DNA of 64,000 nt, taken from positions 172,670,001-172,734,000 of the forward strand of contig NC_086097.1 in NCBI RefSeq assembly GCF_963921235.1, given 5' to 3'. This stretch comes from Mobula hypostoma. Taxonomy: Eukaryota. Shown one piece after another: positions 1-10,895 of the stretch. Below the pieces are notes generated by a model. That model was not told the DNA's origin. It saw nothing but the letters and a program-made list of their open reading frames with translations, and made no database searches. The position numbers and the translations under genes were made by a program. The number at the start of each line of letters is the position of its first letter. Position 1 is the stretch's first letter.

Positions 1-29
1 CGCATTTACTAATTATAATAAAGAGCAAC

Positions 30-480
30 ACACTGACCTTGTCTGTTGGCATCACTATGTAGGTGGCTGGTCCATTTAAATTTGCAGTCAATGATGACCT
101 CTGAGATCCATAACATTGCTACCCTCTGACACATCTCATCTGATAGCATCAGCACATCCTGCTCTTCATTCTTACTCTTGTGTTTATTCAGCAAAGCACT
201 TTAAATTCACAGTGCAAATCTCTACATGCAGAATCCAGTTCCACTTTTTCAGTGGATCATGGTTGCTGTCTATTAGTCAACACAGCACAGCATGCAGGCA
301 AAACCTGGGACCTTGCTGAACCATATGTTCTCATTATTCACTCCATAACTCCATCAAGCTGAGTGAGGAGGCTGCAGGCACCAGCACTTTCCTTACAGTA
401 AGCTCTTAGCAACTGCTGAGGAGTGCTTCAGAGAAATTAAAACCTCAGAAGAAGGAGGTTGTATTTCCATACTCGGGCTG
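30..480 (-). mobile_element. Old CR1/L2-group LINE reverse transcriptase fragment
   Basis: ORF 9..194 contains 'EVIIDCKFKWTSHLHSDANRQGQ', resembling the LINE RT C-terminal motif G-V-x-I-D-x-K-L-x-W-x-x-H. Heavily decayed. Confidence 0.55.
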
Positions 481-1166
481 ATCAGCACAGCAGGGTTATT
501 CTAGAAATCTATTCATTAACTACTGGGTTACTATTGGGCAAATGACTCCTGGAGGAAGACCGATTTAGAAAAATTAATCTTATGAAACCAAGAACTGGAA
601 TAGTGATGTTGTTTTGTTACTTTTATTTTATATACAGACATATCTGTGTGCTCATTGGATGAGATGTCAAACCAGCCTTGGTCGGGGAGATAGGTTTTAC
701 GGTGACTTAAAAGGGAAAGAGAGGTAGAGAGGAGGAGGTGTTCAGAGAATGGATTTCAAAACTCAGTGCTATGCCAGGGGATGAAATGTTTGGTGACAGC
801 AGAATGATTAAATTTAGGAATATTCAAAAATTTGCTTTTTGCTTCAGATTTCAGCATTTGAGAATCTTGTGTTTTCCTTTGCCTCCACAGATGCTGCATG
901 AGCCATTGAGTTCCTCCGGCCGTTTTTGCTCCAGATTCCAGCATTAGAAGTCTCTGGTTTCAAAAGCTACAGATGGATGTAAGTTCACACAGGCAGGCAG
1001 GTGTTAGATCACAGAATGATTTTAAAGTACATTGAACATAGAACAGTACAGCACTGTACAGAACCTCCCACCAACAAAGTTGTGCCATCCTTTTCACTTA
1101 CTCCAACATCAATCCAGACTCTTACACAGCCCATAACCTTCCAGCTTTATTTCATGTACGTACCTA

Positions 1167-1590
1167 ACCATAATTCTGTCACTACGTTCTGATATGGCCC
1201 AATTGCAGAGCAAGAGACACTGAAGTGAGACTTTAATGTGAACAGAGTTAAAGGAAAAAAGAAAACAATAAGCGCTATGCCAAACAAGGCCGTAACTAAA
1301 ACTTGCAAATGGAAAATGAAGCCAACATTGCAGTTGAAAGGAATAACTAAATATAAACCGAATATCGCTAGTCTTCGGAGTCAGTTGACATGACAGTCTA
1401 ATTTCTCAGGCAAGGCCGAATGCAAGCAGGCAGTGAGACATCGCTGAGCTTTGCTCAAGTCTTGACAAGCACTACAACAAAAACAATGGAGTTAAATACC
1501 GTCACAATGAAATAATAATTAGCTGACACTTGCAAATTCACAAGTGCAATTACCGTATCTGCTGCGCTGTCGAGTTTGTGGTTGTGGCAA
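1167..1590. mobile_element. Probable solo-LTR-like insertion interrupting a CR1 3' tail
   Basis: The minus-strand CR1 tail (about 1035-1166 and 1590-1865) is interrupted by ~420 bp of unrelated sequence ending ...TTGTGGCA. No clear TSD. Confidence 0.4.
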
Positions 1591-1982
1591 AGTCTCTTGA
1601 ATGTCCCTAATGTGTCAGCCTCTACCACCAACCCCAGCAGTGCATTCCACGCACTTAACCACTCCCTGTGTAAAAACATATCTCTGACATCTCCCCTAAA
1701 CTTTCCTCCGCTCATCTTAAAAGGATATCCTCCAGTAATAGTTATCGCTGCCCTGGGAAAAAGATGCCTACACCTCTTTTCATCTCATACACCTCTATCA
1801 ACTCACCTCTCATCCTTCTACACTCCAAAGACAAAACCCTTAGTTTGTTCAACCTTTCTTTATAAGTAATAATGAAAAATTTTAAAACAAATTAATTCTT
1901 AATGTAGAACCAATTTCTGATTGACACTGCCTAGGATCAAAGCAAGTCCTAATCAAAAGGCGATTCCTGCAAACAATTTTCT

Positions 1983-2023
1983 TTAAGAACTTCAAGGTGA
2001 TGGTGCCACCTTGAAGTTCTTAA
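1983..2023. repeat. Perfect 17-bp inverted repeat with 7-nt spacer
   Basis: TTAAGAACTTCAAGGTG (1983-1999), ATGGTGC, CACCTTGAAGTTCTTAA (2007-2023). Confidence 0.95.
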
Positions 2024-2398
2024 TTTCCCAATTGCTTTTACCAGCAGCATGCTCTTTACGTTTTCTGTTAATTTGTCAGCTGACAATTATACTACATGTA
2101 GAATCTTAAAAGATAATAATGCTAAATATAAATTTCTGTATTTGCTTTACAAAGTGCTACCACAGATATTTCCATACGTACACCTTCCAACTCAGAACCA
2201 CCGTTTTCAAAGAGCAGAAGAATAGATTCCTGTTGTTTTGGTACACCAACAACAAATTGCTTTCAATAAATTCAATAAATACTTGACAGTTCAATAAACC
2301 AAGGCATTTTTCATGCACATTATCCAACATATTTAACACTGAGCTTCAGAAAATGATATAAGGGAAAGTGTTCAAAATTTTGATTGGAGAGGTAAAAG

Positions 2399-2555
2399 AT
2401 AGTCATAGTCATAGTCATACTTTATTGATCCAGGGGGAAATTGGTTTTCGTTACAGTTGCACCATAAATAATAAATAGTAATAGAAATAGTAATAGTAAT
2501 CTTACTATTAGTAAATAGTAAATAGTAATAGTCATAGAAATAATAAATAGTAATA
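2399..2555 (-). mobile_element. 3' end of a Rex-Babar LINE with (GACTAT)n tail
   Basis: AGTCATAGTCATAGTCATACTTTATTGATCCAGGGGGAAATTGG... is nearly identical to the 3' end of the longer copy at 38401-39403. Confidence 0.75.
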
Positions 2556-4564
2556 GCCAAGAGTGTGTGTCCTAAAGGAGGAGAAAGAAAAAAGTGGCAG
2601 GAGAGGAAAGAGTTGTAGTTGGGAGGAGGGGGGTTCCAAAGTTTAAGCAGCAAATGAATACAGAAAGGGAGTGACCAAATTAGAGGTCTATTGGCCAGAG
2701 TTCTTCACCATCGTTATATATGAGCCATTACACCACAGAGGCATAGAGATGGACAGCGCAGAAACAGGGCCTTCTGACCACTGAGTCTGTGCTGATCATT
2801 ATCCACCCATTTACACTAATCTTCAACAAATCCTCATTTTTCTTATTTTCCACACATTCTCAGTACCTCCCCTGAGATGCTACCACTCATCTCCACAATT
2901 ACAGCAGCCAATAAACCTATCAACCTGCATATCTTCAGGATTTGGGAAGAAACCGGAGCACGGGGAGGAAACCCACACAGTCACAAAAAGAACCTACAAA
3001 CTCCACATGGGCAGCACGCAAGCATTGAACATTGGTCTCCGACATTGTGGGCTCCAGCTCTACGAGCTCTGCCACAAGTTCAAGTAACAGCTTGGAATTG
3101 ATCTTCAAGTAATTAATCTCCTCCAGGGAATGAATTTACCATCTGACAGTCTGGCTTCTCTCTACATGACCAGAACCAACAGTACAGCAGTTCTTAACTG
3201 CCTGCTCAATTCCGGTTCAGTGGGGGGGGGGGGGGCGGAAGGGGGGGCAATAGAAAATGGCACATCCTCAGAATGAATGTAAACATCTAAATAGGCAATG
3301 GAAGTGTTTGAAGAACATTTCCAGTCTGCTGTGAGATGTTGCGGAATAGATAGGGTAAAGGAAAATGGGGATTTTCAACAAAAGGGCAGCAGAGGGGGTT
3401 GCAGTACAGAAGGAGGCGACAGAAGCTTTATATTCCAGTTTAAGTACCTGTGACATGTTCCATTGTAGCAACTTAGAATGCTTTTTACACTCCCACAGAT
3501 CCCCCATGGAGGCTGAGGACTTTCTGGGACTCTTTACCCTTGAGGGCTGTGGAGGCTAAATTATTGGAAGTATTTAAATATTAAGTCAATATTTTTTGTC
3601 AGGGGAGAGGGTGTGAATTCAGAGCCATGAGCAATTAACACAGAAGAATCAAAGAGATATGCGACATAGAAACAAACGCTTTGACCCAACTAGCCCAGAT
3701 TACAGTGAAAAGCATTGCATCATGTCCTGGTATGGAAACTCAGATGTACACCTGTGGAAGAGGCTACAAAGAGTTGTGGACTCAGCAAGTTCTATCACAG
3801 GTACAGCTCTCCCCACCATCTAGGTCACGCCCTCTTCTCATTGTGGCCATCAAGCAGGAGATACAGAGACTTACATCTCAGGGTTCAGCAGCAGCCTCTT
3901 CCCTACCACCACCAGGTTCTTGAAATGACCAGAAAACCCTAACACTATCTCAGACTATTTTATTTTCCTCTCTCAGTTGTGATTGATCTCTGATGTTCCT
4001 TCTTGGGTCCAGTATATTGATGTAATTACAAAGAAAGCACGCCAGCAGCTGTATTCATTAGAAATTTGAGGTATTTTTGTTTGTCACCAAAGGCTCTATC
4101 AAATAAGATTATTTAAGATGGTTTAATGTCATTTGCAGTACACAGGTGTAAAGGAGAACAAAATAATTGTACTCCAGATCTGATGCAGCACAAAAAAATA
4201 CAAAAGATAAAGATTACAATAATCATAAAAACAAAGGCAATAAATATAAGTACATAAAATAGCTTATATACAGAGAATGACTGTATGTGCATGAAGTGAT
4301 GCAAGACTGTACATAAAATGACCTGAAGGAAATAACAAAGTAGTGGCGGAGTTTGTGGTTGGAGGCGCCGATCATCTTTACTGCTTGGGGAAGTAATTGT
4401 TGCTGAGTCTGGTGGTTTTGGCATGGATGTTACATAGCCTACTCCCTGCTGGGAGTGGGACAAACAGATCATGGGCGGGAGCAAAAGATGTTGGGAATGG
4501 CAGGTGTGGAGCACTATAGGAGGGGTGTGGGACAGATGGCACAGAAGGAGTAGCAGGGGCAGGG

Positions 4565-5350
4565 GTGAATTGAATTGAATTGACTTTATTCTTACCTCCT
4601 TCATAAACATGAGGAGTAAAAATCTTTATGTTACCCAGCCCTAAGACAACAGGCAAGATCATTTGATTCCAAGCAATTGGTTTATCAATCATTCCTGAAT
4701 GTCCCTCTAGCGCTCTCCTCTCCCTTCCTCTCTTTCCAACCATCATACCCCTCTCCCTGTTCCCTTCCCACTCTCAGTCCACGGTAGAGACCCGTATCAA
4801 AATCAGGTTTATCATCACACACATATGTCATGAAATCTGTTTTTTATGGCAGCAGAGTACTGTGCAAACGTCTAAGACTTTTGCACAGTACTGTATATCC
4901 TTGATAGTGGCTCGGCTGGTGCCAGTGATGCATTGGGCAGTTTGGTCACCCGTTGTAGAGCCTTCCTGTCCTCCACAGTGCAGTTTCCGTACCAAGCAGT
5001 GATGCAGCGTGTCAAGATGCTCTCTTCTGCGCATCCATAGAATAGCGTGAGTATAGATGTTCAAAGTCCAGCTCTCTTCAGCCTCCTCAGAAAGTAGAGG
5101 CATTGGTGAGGTTTCTTGACTGTGTAGGATGTGTTCTGGGGCCTGGAGAGGTTATGTGTGATGTGCACTCCCAGGAGTTTGAAACTGCTCACAGTTTCCA
5201 CTGCTGTGCTGCCAATGTAAAGAGGGCTATGACGGGTTTGAGTTCTCCTGAAGTCGATAACCATTTCCTTTCTCTCATTGATATTAAAGGAGAGGTTATT
5301 TGACTAGCACCAGGTCTCGAGCTCTTTTACCACCTCCTCACTGTAGGCCA
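4565..5350 (-). mobile_element. Rex-Babar LINE 3' fragments
   Basis: ORF 5061..5264 reads 'MVIDFRR...VSSFKLLGVHITHNL...LYFLRRLKRAG'. The tail at 4565-4635 (GAATTGAATTGACTTTATT...) matches the tail at ~37341. Confidence 0.75.
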
Positions 5351-5535
5351 ATCAGCAAATTTGCAGATGACAATATGATCAGGAGTGTAGTGGACAGTGA
5401 GGAAGACTATCATGGCTTGCAGTGGGACCTGGACCAGCTGGAAAAATGGGCTGAAAAATAGCCAATGGAATTTAATGCAGACAAGTATCATGTGTTGCAC
5501 TTCAGAAGGACCGACCAGGTTAGGTCTTACACAGG
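5350..5535 (+). mobile_element. CR1 LINE RT fragment
   Basis: 'MEFNADKYHVLHFRRTDQVRSYT' is a CR1 RT C-terminal motif. Confidence 0.75.
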
Positions 5536-5536
5536 G

Positions 5537-8500
5537 AACCAGACTACACCGGGTCTATGTTTTTACCATGCATGCTTTGGAAATAGTGCCAAGAAGTGCC
5601 GACAGCCATGCGTCTTCAACGGTGCCAGCGCATCGAGACACCAAAGGTCTGCAAAAAACGTGAATTCCAGCTGTCGAGGTCATCTATTGTTCAATATAGA
5701 CACCCTTTCAGGAAAAAGTTTCCTGTGTGATATGGACACTCAGCAATGCCCATGTCTATAAGGCAAAGAGCAACAGACCCTCGCTGGAGGCCACTAACGG
5801 AAGCAGGATCCAGCCTTGTGGGACACAATGCGTGACAATCGCTTCAGTGAACAACACTAACATGGGACTTTGTCTTGGCTAAAGTTGCTAGACACCTCCT
5901 CAGTGCAGATTTCCTGTACGCCAAAGGACTATTAGTGAATCTTAAGAACTGCCAACTTGTGGAATCAAAGGATTTTGAGTCATTGCCCTCTACCCCCAGT
6001 AAGTTCCCTATGACGACTCTGTCTAGCGCATGCACCACCACATGTGAATTCACTCACCTGCTGGACGAATCCCCTAACCTCACCAAGCCCACATTTTCCA
6101 CAACACGGGTGATGCCAATAGGCTCAATAAACTGATTAGAAAGGCTGGTTCTGTTACAGGAGTCAAACTGGACACGCTGGGGGCTGTGGTAGAACAAAGG
6201 ATCCTATGGAAAATCCTGGCAATTCTGGACAAAGTTTCTCACCCTCTGTATGCCAACTTAGCTGAACAGATGAGCACTTTCAGTAATAGACTAAGACAAT
6301 TGTGCTGCTCCAAAGAGCACTATATGAGGTCACTCTTACCCTCGGCCATTAGGCTCTATAATGAGTCAACCTATAGCTGTGGAAGTGATGACCTCCTCCT
6401 GCTAGACAGCTTAAGGGAACATTTTTTTTTGTTACTTCTCTGCTAGTATTTGTATATCTGTGCATTTGTAATGCTACTGTGACACTGTAATTTCCTTTGG
6501 GATCAATAAAATATCTATCTACAATCACAAAGTATTGGGTCGAGCACTGCATTTCCACAACTGGATCACCAGCCCATGCCCTTGTGTGTAGGCTAGGCTG
6601 TCTCAGAAAAGCTAGCCAGCACGAAGGCTGAGTTTTCTAACATGGAAATGCTCGGCATTGTACACAGGTCGAATAGCCCTTGGGCTTCACTCCTCTATAT
6701 TATTCCTAAGCCTGATGGTGGCTGCCGTCCATGTGGTGATTACTGCTGCCTTAACAAGGCCACCACTCCCGATCATTATCTGGTCCCACATAGTCAAGAC
6801 TTTTTGGCACATTTAACTGGAAAGATAATTTTTTCTAAAGTAGACTTAGTCAGGGGCCGCCATCAAGCACCTGTGTGTGCTGAGGATGTGCTGAAATGGC
6901 TGTGATAACCCTGTTTGGCATCTTTGAGCTTCCGTGCACGTTGTTTGGGCTGAAAAATGCAGCACAGACTTCCAGCAACTAATGGACTCTGTGTTAAAAG
7001 ACTTAGATCTTCTTTCAGTTTACTTGTTGCCAGCACATCCGATACCACACACTTTTCAAACACATAACCCAACATGGGCTGATTATTAACTCTGCTAAAT
7101 GCCAGTTCAGATTGCCTACTATTGACTCTCTCGGCCAGAAGGTTTGACACTCATGCTGTCAAAAGTCGCTGCTACCACAGATTTTCCACTGCCCCACACT
7201 ACCAAAGTACTGCAAGAATTTTTAAGTATGGTGAGTTTCTATCACCGTTTCATGCTCCAAACTGCTGAAGACACAGCCCTAGTCCCCTGCTTGAGTGGGC
7301 AGGGAACATGACAACACCAAACAAGCTTTTTTGAATGTCACTCTGCTGGCACACCCGCTTCCCTATGCACCTATAACCATCTCTACTGATGCCTCAGACT
7401 GTGCTGTGGGTGCTACGCACAAACAGTTGTTAGGAGACAAGTGACAGCTGCTCGCCTTCTTCAGCTGGAGTCTCTGCGACCCCACCCCCCACACCCCACT
7501 GCAAGAGGAAATACAGTACATTTGACCTCAAGCTTCTCAGTCTGTATCTGGCCATCTGCCCTGTTCGATTTCTACTGGAGGGTCAGCATTTTACAGCAAT
7601 CGTTAACCACAAATCCCTCATGCACATGATGGGCAAAACTTCAAGTCCTTTTCCTGCATGATGGCAGCACCACCTGGCTTACGTTTTGGAACTCACGGAC
7701 TGACATACAGCACATTGAAGAGGAAAATACTGCGGTGGCTGATTGTCTGTCAAATTGCACCACCATTGATGCCATACACATCAGGGTTGACTATGTCAGC
7801 ATGGCAGCTGTCCAAGTCACTGACCCAGATGTCCCGGCTTACAGGACAACAGGCACAGGCCTGTCAGCTGACGTCAAAATTGGGGATGCAGGAGTTCCTC
7901 TCCAGTGTAATGTCTCAACCAGTCGCCCTCACCCCAGGCTGCCTACAGACCGGAGAGTTACTCTTCATTCATGCATTCTCGCATCCGGGCGGGAAGGCTT
8001 CACTGTAACCGGTTGCTTTGAAGTTTGTGTGGCACAGCCTTAGCAAGGACGCGCAAGACAGGAGTACAGCCTGCGCTGTGTGTGTCAACAGGCAAAAGTT
8101 AACCATCTCGTTCAAGCACCATTGTACCCTTCGAGGTCCCTGAGTGACAGTTTGACCTCGGCAACGTGGACCTGGTTGGTCCTCACCATACTACCAGGTG
8201 GCCAGAGGTTGTCTCCCTTGTGTTGACGATGGCTGCAGATGTGGTTCAGGCATTCATCAACACCTGGGTCATTCGGTTTGGCACCCCATCCAATATTCCT
8301 TCCAACCACTGAACTCAGTTCATGTCAGACCTCTGGGCCACAATGGCCCAGAACCTTAGCATTAAATTGCATCATATTGTGGCTTATCACCCACAGTCCA
8401 ATGGCCTGTGCCAGCAGTTTCACTGTTCCTTTAAGGCTGCTCTGAGGACCTCCCTGATGGATGAGTGTTGGCACAATTGTCTCCCGTTGGTCCGTCTGGG

Positions 8501-9255
8501 GCTCAGAACAGCTCCAAAAGTTGACCTGCAAAACTCTACTGCTGAGTTGGTTTACAGACAGCTGCTAAGGGTGTCAGCTGATTTTTTTCCTGATAGCACG
8601 GCTGCCTGGTTGGCATCTCAGCAGAATTCTACCCTCTTCAGTAAACTCAATTCTTTTACTCCTATTCCTACCTCTCACCATGGCATCCAACACTCTGGGG
8701 TTCTAGTTGGCCTACATTCTACTTCATTTGTCTTTGTCTGTCATGATGCCTGTTCCATTTTTTGGATTGGGGCAAAATGACTTTTATTGTAGATAGGAAG
8801 GAAACAGCTGAATGCATTTCTTCATGAGCCTTAAACCAGCCAACTAAGACCTGGATGGTTCCTCTACCCCTTATACCACATCATGACCATGTTCATGTCA
8901 GCACGCCCCTGGATGAGCCAGAGGTTAATCCAACCAAGGCACATAGGACCCAAGCCAGGCAGCTTGTATGAGCTCCAGATAGACTCAAAATGCTGGTTTT
9001 GGTGAGTTCTGGGGAGTCTGGGTAGGGTAATGTAATGGGTGACAGATGACACGTATTGTTCATAATGGAAACTGTTCTACATAATTCACAAACACTGTCA
9101 TTGAGTTGTTCTGTTCACTTTAAGAAATGGTGTCTGACGTCAAGACGTCAGTATAAGGTGACTGCTTTTGCTTTGTTTGCAATTGACGTTAAAGACTGTG
9201 GCTTTTGTTAAACACATAAAATGACTCTCACCTGTTTTATTCACAAAATTATACA
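5537..9255 (+). mobile_element. Decayed Gypsy/Ty3 LTR retrotransposon (gag end, PR, RT, RNase H, IN, 3' LTR); 5' LTR missing
   Basis: Gag knuckle 'LCFYHACFGNSAKKCRQPC'; protease-like 'LLFNIDTLSGKSFLCD'; RT 'SNSPWASLL...GGCRPCGDY..LNKAT...IFSKVDLVRG' (6642-6905); IN 'AYHPQSNGLC...LPLVRLGLRTAPK' (8322-8780). A G-rich PPT-like run at ~9011 is followed by an LTR-like segment at ~9019-9255 ending ACA. Confidence 0.9.
6106..6520 (+). mobile_element. 5'-truncated Rex-Babar LINE nested in the Gypsy pol region
   Basis: ORF 6186..6446 reads 'ILAILDKVSHPL...STFSNRLRQLCCSKEHYMRS..PSAIRLYN'. It ends in GGATCAATAAAATATCTATCT and the Gypsy sequence resumes afterwards. Confidence 0.85.
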
Positions 9256-10766
9256 GTCCAAGTGCAGGTATTGTGAGACTATTCAGAATATCAGGTCAGT
9301 AAGAACATGATGGGCCAAAAGGCCTGTTTCTGTGCTGTAGATCTCTATGATTCTAAGACTTAGGTGTCATTTCATTTATTTTGTTGTTTATTTTGCACAC
9401 AAGTAAGTTATAAGTAGCTTGTAATCATTCTGTTCATGTTAATATTTATGTTTAGGTTTATGTTGCCCCTGTCTTGTAATGTGCTGCAAAAATTCATGGC
9501 ATTTATACCCTGCATAGGTTTGCCTAAACTTGAACTTGCCAACCAAGTTGCCTACCTGAGCTAATCCCATTGGCCTACCTTTGGTCCGTACAAGATGAGA
9601 ACTGGAGTAAGATAAGCAACAATCATGTTGAATGACAGGGAAGGCTCGAGGGGTTGAGCGACTCACTCTTGTTTTTATTTTCTTACGTTCTCTCATTGAC
9701 TGACCAACATTTCTCTGATCCTTTGTAAATGATTTACACATTTAAGTATTTGCTGTAAGACTATGCAAGGTGTAGTGCTGCTGACAGTTCACTGAGAAGA
9801 CATGAAGTCAGTTGTCCCAAAGAAGGTCTCGCTCAAAACGTCGACTGTTCAGTGCTCTCCATGGATGCTGCCTGACCTACTGAGTTCCTCCTACATTTTG
9901 TGCACATTGCTCAAGATTTCCAGCATCTGCAGAATCTTTTCTATCTCAGTCATTAGTTCTGACTAAATGACCAATCTCATTTAACTGCTGGCTTGCAGCA
10001 AGAAGCTGATGAGTCATCGCATCTCACGACCATGAACCTGGCGACTGCTATTACTGGCACTCCATGAAATCACCAGTTCATTTTGACAGGTAGAGACCTA
10101 AGAAGAGATGAAGTGGTATGGATCCAGTGTATCGGGGGGAGTTTAAGGGTTAGAATGTCCTTGTCATTTCCCCACAGTCTGACAAATTATTTCCTGAATA
10201 TTATCTGGAGCCATTTTAGGTAGCCTGAAACGAAGAGCAGGCTATAAAACTCAATTCACATTTGTTTGCACATGCATGCAATGAAGAAGAGTGGAAATAT
10301 TCAATTTCCTTGGTAAATGGTTTTTCAACCATTATAGTACTATTTCTATTCTGAGTAACATATAATAAATAGATAAAAAAAAGAAAAGCTTTGGGTCTAG
10401 AATTTCTAATATGCTCATTAAATCCGCAGAAATGTCAGGCTCCTGGATATTCTGACAGCAGCCTGATAGAAGTACTCCAGCAAGGTTGATTTACCCACAG
10501 GGGATAGATGTTATAAGAGAGGTTATGTTTACAGCAATAAAGCTTTTGTACAGATGTTGTGTCTCCTAGAGTGTGATTGTTCGTTCTAAGAGGGTCTCAA
10601 ATGGACCTTGAGAGCTATGTTCTATTTGCTGCACTATTACCTTAACAAGTACTCTTCGGACATCAGCACCTGTATACTAAGGGAAGAGAAACATTTGTAA
10701 AAAAAAACTGATGCAATAATTTTGTTGAAGATTCAAAATAATATTGCCCTGGATCTTGCTTTGAAT

Positions 10767-10895
10767 AAGATGGAGCCATTTTTTCAGCACAGACATCCAC
10801 TTCCTCAAGCAACTGTCTAAACAGATCCGTGGGGAGCAACAAAAATGGCGGAGCAGCCAATCACATGATGAGTTCTCACATACAGCGGCAGGAAG
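10767..10895. promoter_or_regulatory. Candidate promoter/enhancer motif cluster (YY1, ETS, CCAAT, E-box)
   Basis: GCCATTTT 10775-10782, CACTTCCT 10798-10805, AAAATGGCGG 10842-10851, AGCCAATCA 10855-10863, TCACATGA 10861-10868 and CAGGAAG 10889-10895, all in non-repeat sequence. Confidence 0.4.

Noticed and set aside
208-240. Recombination signal sequence (CACAGTG plus weak nonamer)
   Set aside because: The spacer is 13 nt, the nonamer is poor, it lies within a LINE remnant, and no V, D or J segments are visible.
2165-2230. Minus-strand exon 'ESILLLFENGGSELEG'
   Set aside because: The acceptor lacks a pyrimidine tract and the peptide is not recognised.
3222-3247. G-quadruplex-like G runs
   Set aside because: This is a homopolymer run within a decayed repeat tail, with no support for function.
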